DNA of 63,776 nt, filler included. It is 6 parts of 6 records of this genome, joined end to end, with 100 filler letters (N's around TTAATTAATTAA, not from the genome) between each part and the next. Parts side by side here need not be neighbours in the genome. Positions count along the whole stretch, not along the records: positions 20,200 to 41,783 come from SRR20825010_1018; positions 41,884 to 50,880 come from SRR20825010_1020; 4 more parts are not named here. One strand, given 5' to 3'. Below, one piece after another: positions 39,078-50,008 of this stretch. The position numbers were made by a program, and so were the translations under genes. Position 1 is the stretch's first letter. Each line of letters opens with the position of its first letter. The notes under the pieces are model-generated. The model did no database searches. It worked only from the letters and a program-made list of their open reading frames with translations, and was not told the origin of the DNA.

Positions 39078-39181
39078 ATCCTTTACTCCCCTGACTGTCA
39101 TCCAGCGACTCCCACCCGGGAGCCGCCATGAATCCAACGACTGACTACTGGTTGACTGATGACACTCAAAAGGCTCGGTAC

Positions 39182-39209
39182 AGCGACCCCGAAATCGGAA
39201 AAGAGGTTC
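39182..39209 (-). promoter_or_regulatory. Candidate ECF-sigma (AlgU/RpoE-type) promoter for algD
   Basis: Minus strand GAACCT-N16-GTCGCT about 100 nt upstream of the algD ATG; imperfect match to GAACTT-N16/17-TCnnA. Confidence 0.45.
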
Positions 39210-39215
39210 TTTTTT

Positions 39216-39242
39216 GAACTTTTCCCCGCGACCGGTGTCTGA
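39216..39242 (+). promoter_or_regulatory. Consensus sigmaE/AlgU promoter pointing away from algD
   Basis: GAACTT (39216-39221)-N16-TCTGA (39238-39242), an exact match to the RpoE/AlgU consensus. Confidence 0.65.
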
Positions 39243-39790
39243 TTACGAACAGGCACGCTCAACAGAAAACGTTGCCCTGATGCGCCTTTTGAGTATCCAG
39301 TTTGAGTTGGGGGAACACGAAGACGGACAAATCACCGGCAAGCGATCTACGTCGTCCACAGCGTTCCAACAGCCAGAAAACTATCGTAACGAAACGTTAA
39401 ATGCCTGTTACGAAAAGATAATTTCAACTATAGGCAAGAGATACATGTCTTGATTTTTGGTGTGCACAATTGGAATACAGGAAAGACCTAGTCGCCTGAC
39501 AACGCAGAAGAAATGAAAAAGGAAATCATCAGAGCATGCACCGATAAGGTACATATGAGAGAAAGGAGTGCGCTTTTCTATTTCGTAATCGCAAAAAAAT
39601 AAAAATCGATATTATAAAATCGAATCAAACGCGATTTTTTCGTATGGAACCCATTTGAATCTTTCGTCGTTATACAGGGTCGTATCGAGAAAAATACCGC
39701 TCAAAGACAGTGAAACTCAGCCGATCACCGACTGAGCCCCACCCCTGAACCCCACCAAAGAGGTGAGATTCGTGTTAACGCGCAGCTGCT

Positions 39791-40555
39791 TTATTTAGGC
39801 GCCATGCGCAGTGCACAGTCCAGGCGGATAACCTCCCCGTTGAGGATCGGGTTGCGCACCATTTGATCTACCAACATGCCAAACTCTTCAGCCTTGCCCA
39901 ATCGCTTGGGGAAAGGCAGCGTGGCCGCGAGACTGTCCTGCACTTCCTGTGGCATGCCCGCCATCATTGGCGTCATAAAGATTCCCGGAGCAATGGTGTT
40001 GACCCGAATACCTTCCCGGGCAAGCTCGCGGGCGGCCTGAAGGGTCAGCGATACCACGCCACCCTTTGACGCACTGTAGGCTGCCTGGCCAATCTGGCCC
40101 TCGTAAGCCGCCACAGACGCCGTGTTGATAATCACACCCCGTTCGCCATCCGCATTGGGCTCCCGCTGGGCCATATCGGCCGCAGCAAGCCGCAGAATAT
40201 TGAAGGAGCCAATCAGGTTGACCTGAACCACCTTGCTGAATGCCTCAAGCGGCATCACACCGTCCCGGCCCAGGATCTTTGCGGCCGGAGCAATACCCGC
40301 GCAGCTGACGGCCACGCCGCAGGGCCCATGCGCCTTACGGGCTTCGCTGAACGCAGCTTCCGCACTGTCAGAAGACGTCACGTCGCAGTAAATAAAGACG
40401 CCCCCAATGTCTTCCGCCACTTTTCTACCCTGCTCCTCCTGAACATCCAGAATCGCCACACGGCACCCAGCTGCCGCCAGGGCACGCGCTGAGCCCTCGC
40501 CCAAGCCGGATGCACCGCCTGTTACAATCGCTGCCACATTTTTGAATTCCATCAT
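39791..40555 (-). CDS. SDR-family 3-hydroxyacyl-CoA dehydrogenase (HSD10-like)
   Basis: [54 protein letters not shown]. Confidence 0.93.
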   Translation of the reverse strand: MMEFKNVAAIVTGGASGLGEGSARALAAAGCRVAILDVQEEQGRKVAEDIGGVFIYCDVTSSDSAEAAFSEARKAHGPCGVAVSCAGIAPAAKILGRDGVMPLEAFSKVVQVNLIGSFNILRLAAADMAQREPNADGERGVIINTASVAAYEGQIGQAAYSASKGGVVSLTLQAARELAREGIRVNTIAPGIFMTPMMAGMPQEVQDSLAATLPFPKRLGKAEEFGMLVDQMVRNPILNGEVIRLDCALRMAPK

Positions 40556-40604
40556 TCACTCCTGTTTCACATATCTGTTGGTTGAAATCGGGCCTTAAAA
40601 ATAC

Positions 40605-40620
40605 TTTACGTTTACGTAAA
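40605..40620. promoter_or_regulatory. LiuR-binding palindrome
   Basis: TTTACGTTTACGTAAA in the SDR/liuR divergent spacer; matches the known LiuR motif TT(G/T)ACGT-N2-ACGT(A/C)AA. Confidence 0.8.
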
Positions 40621-40654
40621 CTTTATCTAACCTAAGTCTAAAAAGGAAATCTCT

Positions 40655-41101
40655 ATGGACATCAAGAAAACTTACAGCATCAGCGAGCTGGCCAAAGAGT
40701 TCGACGTGACGACACGAAGCGTACGCTTCTACGAAGATCAGGGTCTACTGCACCCCACCCGGCGCGGCCAGACCCGGATCTTCAGCTCGAAGGACCGGGT
40801 GCGGCTGAAGCTGATCCTCCGGGGCAAACGCATGGGCTTTTCCCTGGCGGAAACCAAGGAGCTTTTTGACCTGTGGGACGAAACCCTCAGCGGCAACGAA
40901 AAACAGCTCCTGCTGATGCTGGACACCCTGGCCCGCAAACGGGCGCAACTGGAGCAACAGAAAAACGACATTGCCCAGGCAGAAATGGAAATGGACACCG
41001 CAGAAGCAAGATGCCGCGAGGCGCTTGCTGACCTGCAACAACGAAAGCGTAAACAGACAAAGGCCACCACCAAAGAGCCTGAGTCCACCGAGCAGAAATA
41101 A
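40655..41101 (+). CDS. liuR: MerR-family regulator LiuR
   Basis: YSISELAKEFDVTTRSVRFYEDQGLLHP, DRVRLKLILRGKRMGFSLAE; upstream of isovaleryl-CoA dehydrogenase. Confidence 0.93.
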   Translation: MDIKKTYSISELAKEFDVTTRSVRFYEDQGLLHPTRRGQTRIFSSKDRVRLKLILRGKRMGFSLAETKELFDLWDETLSGNEKQLLLMLDTLARKRAQLEQQKNDIAQAEMEMDTAEARCREALADLQQRKRKQTKATTKEPESTEQK

Positions 41102-41126
41102 CAGCAAGATCAAAAGGTAGCCAACC

Positions 41127-41783
41127 ATGAAATCACAATACTCAGAGTTCAACTTCGGCCTCGGCGAGACCCTGGACATGCTGCGCGAGCAGATCAACGG
41201 CTTTGCCGCCAGTGAAATCGCCCCCCGCGCCGAAGCCATCGACCATGACAACCTGTTCCCCAACGACCTGTGGAAAAAGTTCGGTGACATGGGCCTGCTG
41301 GGTATTACCGTTGACGAAGCCTACGGCGGCTCCGGCATGGGCTACCTCGCACACGTCATCGCCATGGAAGAAATAAGCCGCGCCTCGGCCTCCGTGGGAC
41401 TCTCTTACGGCGCGCACTCCAACCTGTGCGTCAACCAGATCAACCGCAACGGCTCCGACGAGCAGAAAGCAAAGTACCTGCCCAAGCTCATCAGCGGTGA
41501 ACACATCGGCGCCCTGGCCATGTCCGAACCCAACGCCGGTTCCGACGTCGTCTCGATGAAACTCAGCGCCAAAGACGCCGGCGACCACTATGTGCTCAAC
41601 GGCAGCAAAATGTGGATCACCAACGGCCCCGACGCCCACGTCTATGTGATCTACGCCAAAACCGATCCGTCTGCCGGCCCGCGCGGCATCACCGCCTTCA
41701 TTGTGGAACGCGACACCCCGGGATTCAGCCAGGCCCAGAAGCTCGACAAACTCGGCATGCGCGGCTCCAACACCTGTGAGCTG
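41127..41783 (+). CDS. ivd: Isovaleryl-CoA dehydrogenase, 3' truncated
   Basis: [64 protein letters not shown]. Confidence 0.96.
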
Positions 41784-41883
41784 NNNNNNNNNNNNNNNNN
41801 NNNNNNNNNNNNNNNNNNNNNNNNNNNTTAATTAATTAANNNNNNNNNNNNNNNNNNNNNNNNNNNNNNNNNNNNNNNNNNNN
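41784..41883. other. Artificial contig spacer
   Basis: 44 N + TTAATTAATTAA + 44 N. Confidence 0.99.
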
Positions 41884-42690
41884 CACCAGGAGTTCATGAA
41901 AACGGTGTTGGCGGTGGCGCAGGAAAATGGCAGTGCCTTTGCCCATTTGCCTGCGAATGGTGTGGCGGTTTACCCTGCATCTGTTGAATTTGAACCATAT
42001 TGGCAAGCCCAGTCAACGGGGCAGCGTGCATTGCGTTTTGGACCTGATGCAGATTTTGAAATGCTCCCCTTGGCGCAAGCCAAACACATGGGCAGTGTGG
42101 CTTTGAAAATGCCTGGTGCCGCCATTGAATTAAAGCCATCTTTCCTGGGTGAACATAATTACGCCAACGCCGCAGGTGCGACAGCGGCAGCACATGCGGC
42201 TGGCTGTTCGGTGCAGTCCATCCAGGCAGGGCTGGAACGTTTTCAGCCAGTCAATGGGCGTTTGCAAGTAGCCTTGCACACACCTTCGCTTCTGTTGATC
42301 AACGACAGCTACAACGCCAATCCCGATTCAGTGAATGCGGCAAGCAAAGTGTTGGCTGCGCAGCAGGGTAATACCTTGCTGGTGTTGGGCGACATGGGCG
42401 AGGTGGGTGATCAGTCAGATGAATACCATGCTGAGGTTGGGCTGTTTGCCAGGCAGGCAGGCGTGAAGTTGTTGTACGCACTTGGTGAAGCCACAGAACA
42501 CACGGCTCGCGCCTTCGGCGAAGGTGCGATGCATTTCAAGAACATCGACACATTAATAGACAACACCATGAATACAACAAAGCAAGGCCAATGGTCGGTG
42601 CTGGTCAAGGGATCCCGTTTCATGAAAATGGAACGTGTGGTTCAGGCAATTGTTCAACACCACCAAGGAGGAGTAACACATGCTTCTTGA
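41884..42690 (+). CDS. murF: UDP-MurNAc-tripeptide D-Ala-D-Ala ligase, 5' truncated
   Basis: Frame open from the contig start (HQEFM...); [37 protein letters not shown]. Confidence 0.96.
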   Translation, partial: HQEFMKTVLAVAQENGSAFAHLPANGVAVYPASVEFEPYWQAQSTGQRALRFGPDADFEMLPLAQAKHMGSVALKMPGAAIELKPSFLGEHNYANAAGATAAAHAAGCSVQSIQAGLERFQPVNGRLQVALHTPSLLLINDSYNANPDSVNAASKVLAAQQGNTLLVLGDMGEVGDQSDEYHAEVGLFARQAGVKLLYALGEATEHTARAFGEGAMHFKNIDTLIDNTMNTTKQGQWSVLVKGSRFMKMERVVQAIVQHHQGGVTHAS

Positions 42691-43834
42691 ACTCACGCAG
42701 TGGCTGGCACAAGACATTCGCGCTTTTGGCGTATTCAATTACCTGACTTTGCGTGCGGTACTGGCCTGCGCAACAGCTTTGCTGGTGGGCTTGGTTGCTG
42801 GTCCTATGGTTATCCGCAAGCTGACCCAGTACAAGATTGGCCAGTCAGTTCGTGACGATGGCCCACAAACCCATTTGGCCAAGGCAGGAACGCCGACCAT
42901 GGGTGGTGCGCTGGTGTTGATTGGCATCGGTATTTCAACTTTGTTGTGGGCAGACTTGTCCAACCGCTTCGTGTGGGTGGTGATGCTGGTCACTTTTGGT
43001 TTTGGCTGGATTGGCTGGGTTGATGATTACCGCAAGGTGGTGTATCGCAACCCCAAAGGCCTGTCAGCCAAGTGGAAGTATTTCTGGCAAAGCGTGGTGG
43101 GTTTGATTTGCGCGTTTTATCTGGCATTTGCCGTGTCTGCACAAAGCGGACAAGAGGTGCTGGATATTTTCGTGCAGTGGGTTGAAAGCGGGTTTTCAAT
43201 GCACTTACCCAACAACGCAGACTTGATTGTTCCATTCTTCAAATCCATCAGTTACCCCTTGGGCGTGTGGGGCTTCATTGCCCTGACTTACTTCGTGATT
43301 GTGGGCACCAGCAACGCGGTGAATTTGACCGACGGGCTGGATGGCTTGGCCATTATGCCTACGGTGATGGTGGCTTCCGCACTGGCTATTTTTGCGTATG
43401 TTGCTGGCAATGCCGTGTATTCCAAGTACCTGTTTCTGCCCTACATTCCCGGTGCAGGCGAATTGGCTGTTTTTCTAGCTGCCATTGCCGGTGCTGGCTT
43501 GGCATTCCTTTGGTTCAATGCATACCCAGCACAAGTGTTCATGGGCGATGTAGGCGCATTGGCCTTGGGCGGCGCGCTGGGCACAGTGGCCGTGATTGTT
43601 CGGCAAGAAGTGGTGCTGTTCATCATGGGTGGCGTATTCGTGGCCGAAACACTGTCGGTGATGATCCAGGTGCTGTATTTCAAATACAGCGGTGGCAAGC
43701 GAGTATTTCGCATGGCCCCCTTGCATCACCACTATGAATTGAGTGGCTGGAAAGAAACCCAGGTGGTGGTTCGTTTCTGGATCATCACCATGATTTTGGT
43801 GTTGATTGGTTTGTCTACTTTGAAACTGCGTTGA
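42680..43834 (+). CDS. mraY: Phospho-N-acetylmuramoyl-pentapeptide transferase
   Basis: [43 protein letters not shown]. Confidence 0.99.
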   Translation: MLLELTQWLAQDIRAFGVFNYLTLRAVLACATALLVGLVAGPMVIRKLTQYKIGQSVRDDGPQTHLAKAGTPTMGGALVLIGIGISTLLWADLSNRFVWVVMLVTFGFGWIGWVDDYRKVVYRNPKGLSAKWKYFWQSVVGLICAFYLAFAVSAQSGQEVLDIFVQWVESGFSMHLPNNADLIVPFFKSISYPLGVWGFIALTYFVIVGTSNAVNLTDGLDGLAIMPTVMVASALAIFAYVAGNAVYSKYLFLPYIPGAGELAVFLAAIAGAGLAFLWFNAYPAQVFMGDVGALALGGALGTVAVIVRQEVVLFIMGGVFVAETLSVMIQVLYFKYSGGKRVFRMAPLHHHYELSGWKETQVVVRFWIITMILVLIGLSTLKLR

Positions 43835-43844
43835 AATTAATTTA

Positions 43845-45323
43845 ATGATGAATTCACTTCGTGATCAATCGGTGTTGCAAGTCGGGCTCGGCGAGTCGGG
43901 CTTGGCCTGCGCGCGCTGGGCGATTGCGCAGGGCGCCCGTTTGACGGTGATTGATACACGCGAAACGCCCCCTGGTTTGCAAGAACTGCTGGCGGTTCAG
44001 CCCGATGTACGTTTGGTGAATTCGGTGAGCGGTCTGAATTGGGACTTCCAGCGCGTTGTGGTGTCACCGGGTTTGCCACCCGCGCACCCCTTGATGGTCG
44101 CGGTCTTGGATCAAGCAGGGCAGCACGGTACTTCAGTGGATTCTGAACTGGATCTGTTTGCCGATGCGCTAAGTGACCTTGCCCGGGATCGGGGTTATCA
44201 ACCGCAAGTGGTTGGCATTACCGGCACAAACGGAAAAACCACCACCACACGGATGGTGGAATGCCTGGCCCTGTTTGCGGGCAAGAATGTTGTGGCAGCA
44301 GGCAATATCAGCCCGGCGGCCATTGACGCACTGCGCGAAAAACTTGAGGCAGGTGATTTGCCCGACGTGTGGGTGCTGGAGCTTTCCAGTTTTCAGTTGC
44401 ACTGGACCAAGCGCTTGAAGTTTGATGCATCCACGGTGTTGAACATTACGCAGGATCATCTGGATTGGCACGCCGACCTGCAAGAATATGCCCAGGACAA
44501 ATTCCGGGTTTTCTCCGAAAACGCAGTGTGTGTGCTGAATCGCGACGATGCCTTGGTGGCCGGCGCACCGTTGCCAGTTGGTGCAAATGTGCTGACGTTT
44601 GGTGTCAGCGCACCGGTGCAGGCCAATGATTTTGGTTTGCTACGCGAGGGCGGTATGTTGTGGCTGGCCCAATTGGTTGGCGATCAGGAGGCTTCAGTTT
44701 CTCCGCGGCGCAGAAAGCAGGAGGAGGTTGAATTAAGCCAGAAGCTGTTGATGCCCATTGATGCCCTGCAGGTGGTCGGTTTGCACAATGCATCCAATGC
44801 GCTGGCCGCTTTGGCGATTTGTCAGGGCCTTGGAATGCCCATGGCGAAATTGTTGCATGGCCTTCGCAGTTACCAGGGCGAACCACACCGGGTTCAACAC
44901 GTGGTTCAAATAGATGGTGTTGATTACTTTGACGACAGCAAAGGCACCAATGTTGGCGCCACCGTGGCAGCCCTGAATGGTTTGGCCAAGCCCACCGTGC
45001 TGATAGCAGGTGGTGAAGGCAAAGGGCAGGATTTCTCGCCCCTGCTTGAACCTGTTGCCAATTATTGTAAATGCGTGGTGCTGATCGGCAAGGACGCAGA
45101 CACCATCATGATGACCCTCCAGGCCACGGAAGTTCCTTGTGTGAAAGTAGACAGTCTGGAGCAGGCGGTGGGTGTGGCCGCCAGCAATGCAAGCGCAGGG
45201 GATTGTGTGTTGTTAAGCCCAGCTTGCGCAAGCCTGGACATGTTTAAAAACTATGTGCACCGCGCAGATGTGTTTGTGGATGCCGTTCGTGCCCTGGCGG
45301 CCGAAAGGGGGCAGCCATGCTAG
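43845..45323 (+). CDS. murD: UDP-MurNAc-L-Ala D-glutamate ligase
   Basis: GLGESG, GITGTNGKTTT, ELSSFQL, DHLDWH, DDSKGTNVGA, LSPACASLD. Confidence 0.98.
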   Translation: MMNSLRDQSVLQVGLGESGLACARWAIAQGARLTVIDTRETPPGLQELLAVQPDVRLVNSVSGLNWDFQRVVVSPGLPPAHPLMVAVLDQAGQHGTSVDSELDLFADALSDLARDRGYQPQVVGITGTNGKTTTTRMVECLALFAGKNVVAAGNISPAAIDALREKLEAGDLPDVWVLELSSFQLHWTKRLKFDASTVLNITQDHLDWHADLQEYAQDKFRVFSENAVCVLNRDDALVAGAPLPVGANVLTFGVSAPVQANDFGLLREGGMLWLAQLVGDQEASVSPRRRKQEEVELSQKLLMPIDALQVVGLHNASNALAALAICQGLGMPMAKLLHGLRSYQGEPHRVQHVVQIDGVDYFDDSKGTNVGATVAALNGLAKPTVLIAGGEGKGQDFSPLLEPVANYCKCVVLIGKDADTIMMTLQATEVPCVKVDSLEQAVGVAASNASAGDCVLLSPACASLDMFKNYVHRADVFVDAVRALAAERGQPC

Positions 45324-46573
45324 GCAAGTGGGCGAAAAAAGACCAGAACAGCATGCAGTTCAAAAGCCTGATTCCTGCGACAGCGGCAGGCGGTGGTTTG
45401 TCCTCGTCCATGTACGGTGTAAAGCGCACTAGTACGGTGGCGCAATCGATTGATCAGGGCTTGGTTTGGGCAGTGCTGGCCTTGTTGTTTCTGGGTTTGG
45501 TCATGGTGTATTCCGCCACGGTTGCTTTGCCCGATTCAGTCAAATATGCAAACTACCAGACCACCCATTTTCTGGTGCGCCATTCAGTGTCGATTGTTGT
45601 GGCATTCGCGGCAGCGTTCTGCGTGTTTCAAATTCCCATGAAAACATGGCAAGAGCTAGCGCCCCTTGTATTTATTTGCTGTATCGCATTGTTGATTCTT
45701 GTCTTGATCCCCGGCATCGGCAAAGAGGTAAATGGCGCGCGCCGCTGGTTGTCGCTGTATGTGTTGAACATTCAACCATCTGAATTGATGAAAATGTGCG
45801 CGATTATTTACGCGGCCGACTACACCGTGCGCAAGCAAGCGTACATGCAGCGTTTTGGCAAGGTGTTGTTCCCCATGTTCATGGCCATGTTTTTGGTGGG
45901 CATGTTGTTGCTGTTGGAACCCGACATGGGTGCATTCATCGTGATCGTCACGGTTGTATTTGGCATTCTGTTTTTAGGGGGTATCAATGCGCGCGTGTTT
46001 TTTGGTGTGTTGCTTGCCCTTAGTGCTGCATTTGCCCTGTTGATTGCGTTCAGTGATTACCGCCGGGCGCGTTTGCTTGCTTACCTTGATCCCTGGGAAG
46101 GCGACAACGCCTTGAACAAGGCGTATCAGCTTTCACATTCGCTGATTGCATTTGGCCGGGGTGAAGTGCTGGGTGTTGGTTTGGGCGGCAGCGTGGAAAA
46201 ACTGCATTACCTGCCGGAAGCACACACTGACTTTTTGCTGGCTGTGATCGGCGAAGAATTGGGATTTGTTGGGGTCACTGTCGTGATCCTGTTGTTTGCA
46301 TTCATTGTGAGGCGATGCTTCGCGGTGGGTTCGCAAGCAATTGCGCTGGAGCGAACCTTCTCTGGCCTGGTGGCCAAGGGTGTAGGCATCTGGATTGCTG
46401 TTCAGTGTTTCATCAACATGGGCGTGAATTTGGGTGTGCTTCCCACCAAAGGTTTGACCCTGCCATTGATGAGTTATGGTGGTTCCGCAATTTTGGTGAC
46501 CTGTGCAGCGCTGGCCCTGGTGCTACGAATTGATTTTGAAAACCGAACCATGATGCGCGGAGGTGCTGCATGA
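45317..46573 (+). CDS. ftsW: Lipid II polymerase FtsW
   Basis: VNGARRWL, QPSE, EPDMG, YLPEAHTDF, LPTKGLTLPLMSYGGS. Confidence 0.98.
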   Translation: MLGKWAKKDQNSMQFKSLIPATAAGGGLSSSMYGVKRTSTVAQSIDQGLVWAVLALLFLGLVMVYSATVALPDSVKYANYQTTHFLVRHSVSIVVAFAAAFCVFQIPMKTWQELAPLVFICCIALLILVLIPGIGKEVNGARRWLSLYVLNIQPSELMKMCAIIYAADYTVRKQAYMQRFGKVLFPMFMAMFLVGMLLLLEPDMGAFIVIVTVVFGILFLGGINARVFFGVLLALSAAFALLIAFSDYRRARLLAYLDPWEGDNALNKAYQLSHSLIAFGRGEVLGVGLGGSVEKLHYLPEAHTDFLLAVIGEELGFVGVTVVILLFAFIVRRCFAVGSQAIALERTFSGLVAKGVGIWIAVQCFINMGVNLGVLPTKGLTLPLMSYGGSAILVTCAALALVLRIDFENRTMMRGGAA

Positions 46574-47643
46574 GCAGAGCGCAGCGACTTGCATTGATTG
46601 TTGCCGGTGGAACCGGTGGCCATATTTTCCCTGGCTTGAGTGTTGCCTCTGAACTGAAAGCGCGGGGTTGGCAAGTGCAGTGGGCGGGTAACCCGGAAGC
46701 GATGGAAGGCCGCCTGGTGCCAGGCAATGGCATTGAGTTGAACACGCTGGTGTTCTCCGGGTTTCGCGGAAAAGGCTTGTTGCAACAAGTGTTCATGCCC
46801 TTGAAGTTGTTGCGCGCGTTCTGGACATCCATTCAGATTCTTCGTCGCACCAAGCCGGCCGTCGTCTTGGGCATGGGCGGTTATGTGGCTTTTCCTTTGG
46901 GCATGATGGCAAGTCTGTTGAACATTCCATTGGTGGTGCATGAACAGAATTCGATCGCTGGGTTAACAAACAAGGTGCTGGCGAAGCTGGCCAACAAAAA
47001 CCTGGTTGCGTTTCCATATGCCTTGCCGAATTCAAGCTGGGTGGGTAATCCCGTTCGGGAAATGATTTACAGCCAGGCAGAACCAGCAGAACGGTTTGCC
47101 GATAGGGCTGGGCCATTGAAGCTGTTGGTGCTGGGTGGCAGCCTAGGGGCACAGGCATTGAACGATGTGGTGCCCAAGGCGCTGAGCCAACTGGATGCGG
47201 TGCAGCGCCCCGAGGTAGTTCACCAAGCTGGCGAGAAAAATTTGCCAGTGTTGCGTGACAACTATGAGAAAGCAGGCGTGCAGGCACAGCAAGTGGCGTT
47301 TATTCATGACGTAGCAGGGGCGATGGCGCAAGCCGACCTGGTGATTTGCCGGGCAGGGGCAATGACCGTTGCTGAAGTGGCAGCCATTGGTGTGGCGGCG
47401 CTGTTTGTGCCGTTTCCCCATGCTGTAGATGACCACCAAACCCACAACGCTGAATTTTTGGTTAAGGAAAATGCAGCCTGGTTGCGCCAGCAACACGAAC
47501 TGGATGCCGCATGGCTGGCGAGTTGGCTGCAAAACATGAACAGGGATGTCTGCCTGGCGCAAGCGGCACGTGCACGGGCACTGGCCAAACCACAAGCCAC
47601 GCAGGAAGTGGCGGATCACATTGAACAGGTTGCGAAGGTATGA
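46570..47643 (+). CDS. murG: Undecaprenyl-PP-MurNAc-pentapeptide GlcNAc transferase
   Basis: [42 protein letters not shown]. Confidence 0.99.
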   Translation: MSRAQRLALIVAGGTGGHIFPGLSVASELKARGWQVQWAGNPEAMEGRLVPGNGIELNTLVFSGFRGKGLLQQVFMPLKLLRAFWTSIQILRRTKPAVVLGMGGYVAFPLGMMASLLNIPLVVHEQNSIAGLTNKVLAKLANKNLVAFPYALPNSSWVGNPVREMIYSQAEPAERFADRAGPLKLLVLGGSLGAQALNDVVPKALSQLDAVQRPEVVHQAGEKNLPVLRDNYEKAGVQAQQVAFIHDVAGAMAQADLVICRAGAMTVAEVAAIGVAALFVPFPHAVDDHQTHNAEFLVKENAAWLRQQHELDAAWLASWLQNMNRDVCLAQAARARALAKPQATQEVADHIEQVAKV

Positions 47644-49040
47644 AACACAAAGTCAAACATGTGCACTTTGTTGGTATCGGCGGCTCGGGCATGAGCGGAA
47701 TCGCCGAAGTATTGATCAACCTGGGGTACAAGGTCAGCGGGTCTGATCTGTCCGATTCTGCGGTAACCCAGCGCTTGGCCAAATTGGGCGCTACGGTATT
47801 TACCGGGCATGAGCGTTCAAACATTGCAGGTGCCGATGCTGTGGTGACATCCACGGCTGTGGGTGGCAGCAACCCCGAAGTGTTGGCTGCTCGTTCTGCT
47901 CGTGTGCCTGTGGTGCCCAGGGCGGTCATGCTGGCTGAGCTAATGCGCTTGAAGCAAGGCATTGCTGTAGCCGGGACGCATGGCAAAACCACCACCACCA
48001 GTTTGGTGGCCAGCATTTTGGCAGAAGGCAAGCTTGATCCCACATTCGTGATTGGAGGTCGCCTGAATTCTGCTGGTGCCAATGCCAAGTTGGGCACGGG
48101 CGAATTCATGGTGGTTGAGGCCGATGAATCGGATGCCTCGTTTCTGAACCTGATGCCAGTGATCGCAGTGATCACCAATATTGATGCCGACCACATGGAA
48201 ACATACGGTCACGACTTTGCGCGCTTAAAACAAGCCTTTGTGGAGTTCACGCAGCGCCTGCCTTTCTATGGCGTGGCTGCGGTGTGCGTAGACGACCCCT
48301 GTGTGCGTGAAATCATGCCGTTTGTGTCCAAGACCATTGTTACTTATGGATTGTCAGAGCAAGCACAGATTCGCGCCGTGAACGTTCAGGCCTGCAAAGG
48401 CCAAATGAAGTTCACCGTGCTGCGGGAAGATGAGGCGCCGTTGGACATCACTTTGAACTTGCCTGGCGATCACAACGTGCGCAATTCACTGGCCGCAATT
48501 GCGGTGGCCACGGAACTTGGCGTGGCCGACGATGCGATCGTCAGGGCGCTTGAGAAGTTCCATGGCGTGGGCCGCCGCTTTCAGCATTACGGCGAAGTGG
48601 CCGCCAAAGAGGGAGGGCACTTCCTGGTGGTCGATGACTATGGTCATCACCCTGTTGAAATGGCTGCTACACTCGCGGCCGCGCGGGGTGCATACCCCGA
48701 CAAACGTTTGGTGCTGGCCTTTCAGCCGCATCGCTACACCCGCACCCGCGATTGTTTTGAGGATTTTGTAAAAGTGCTGGGCACGCCCGACTTGGTGATT
48801 TTGTCCGAAGTGTATTCCGCTGGCGAAGCACCCATCGTTGCCGCAGATGGAAGATCACTGGCCCGTGCCGTGCGCGTCGCGGGGCGAACCGAACCTGTTT
48901 TTGTAGAAGACATGAACGAGATGGAAAGTACGATTTTGAACATTGCCCGCGATGGCGATTTGGTGATCACCATGGGCGCAGGCTCAATTGGCGCTTTACC
49001 CGGCCGCTTGGTTATCAGTGCCCAAGGAGCAAATCCATGA
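47640..49040 (+). CDS. murC: UDP-MurNAc L-alanine ligase
   Basis: [43 protein letters not shown]. Confidence 0.99.
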   Translation: MKHKVKHVHFVGIGGSGMSGIAEVLINLGYKVSGSDLSDSAVTQRLAKLGATVFTGHERSNIAGADAVVTSTAVGGSNPEVLAARSARVPVVPRAVMLAELMRLKQGIAVAGTHGKTTTTSLVASILAEGKLDPTFVIGGRLNSAGANAKLGTGEFMVVEADESDASFLNLMPVIAVITNIDADHMETYGHDFARLKQAFVEFTQRLPFYGVAAVCVDDPCVREIMPFVSKTIVTYGLSEQAQIRAVNVQACKGQMKFTVLREDEAPLDITLNLPGDHNVRNSLAAIAVATELGVADDAIVRALEKFHGVGRRFQHYGEVAAKEGGHFLVVDDYGHHPVEMAATLAAARGAYPDKRLVLAFQPHRYTRTRDCFEDFVKVLGTPDLVILSEVYSAGEAPIVAADGRSLARAVRVAGRTEPVFVEDMNEMESTILNIARDGDLVITMGAGSIGALPGRLVISAQGANP

Positions 49041-50008
49041 CTGCCCGCATTGATCCAAAAAGCCTGGGCAAAGTGGTGGTGCTGTTTGGCGGCCGCTCAG
49101 CAGAGCGCGAAGTGTCGTTGAAATCGGGCAGCATGGTATTGGCTGCACTGAAGCGCAATGGCGTGGATGCACATGGTTTTGACCCCGCTGAACGCAGCAT
49201 GGTTGAACTGGCGCAAGGTGGCTTTGAGCGCGCAGTGATTTCCCTGCACGGCCGCTTCGGAGAAGACGGCACCATTCAGGGTGTTTTGGAGTGGTTGAAT
49301 ATTCCTTACACCGGCAGTGGTGTTACCGCATCGGCTTTGTCCATGGACAAAATTCTGACCAAAGCAGCCTGGATAAGCCAGGGCTTGGCCACACCCGACT
49401 ATGTTCGCCTTGAGCCTGGCTTCAATGTGAATGAAGTGGTGCAGCGCTTGGGCTTGCCCCTGATTGTGAAGCCCGCGCAGGAAGGGTCGACCTTGGGTTT
49501 GACCAAAGTAAAAACGGCAGACCAACTGCAAGCTGCTTTCGACTTGGCTTACAAGTACGACCCCAATGTGTTGGCGGAAAAATTTGTCAGTGGACAGGAA
49601 CTTACCGTACCCGTGATGGGCGAGGGCGCGGGCGCACATGCGCTGCCGGTGATCCGCATTCAGGCACCGGATGGCAACTACGATTACCACAACAAATACA
49701 TTGGCAACGAAACCAAATACTTCTGCCCAAGCGGTCTGGACACTGCCTTTGAAGCAGAAGTGCAGGCGCTGTGTGTGAAGGCTTACCAGGTGCTGGGTTG
49801 CGCAGGCTGGGGCCGTGCTGATGTGTTGGTGGATGAAAGCGGCAAACCCTGGTTGCTGGAAATGAATACATCGCCGGGCATGACCGACCATTCGTTGGTG
49901 CCCATGAGTGCGCGAGCCAGCGGTGTTGAATACGACGACCTGGTAATGCAGATTGCTGCAAGTGCACGTTTGAAAGCATCGGGTTTGAATGTGGAGGGCA
50001 CACGCTAA
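49037..50008 (+). CDS. ddlB: D-alanine-D-alanine ligase
   Basis: [43 protein letters not shown]. Confidence 0.97.
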   Translation: MTARIDPKSLGKVVVLFGGRSAEREVSLKSGSMVLAALKRNGVDAHGFDPAERSMVELAQGGFERAVISLHGRFGEDGTIQGVLEWLNIPYTGSGVTASALSMDKILTKAAWISQGLATPDYVRLEPGFNVNEVVQRLGLPLIVKPAQEGSTLGLTKVKTADQLQAAFDLAYKYDPNVLAEKFVSGQELTVPVMGEGAGAHALPVIRIQAPDGNYDYHNKYIGNETKYFCPSGLDTAFEAEVQALCVKAYQVLGCAGWGRADVLVDESGKPWLLEMNTSPGMTDHSLVPMSARASGVEYDDLVMQIAASARLKASGLNVEGTR

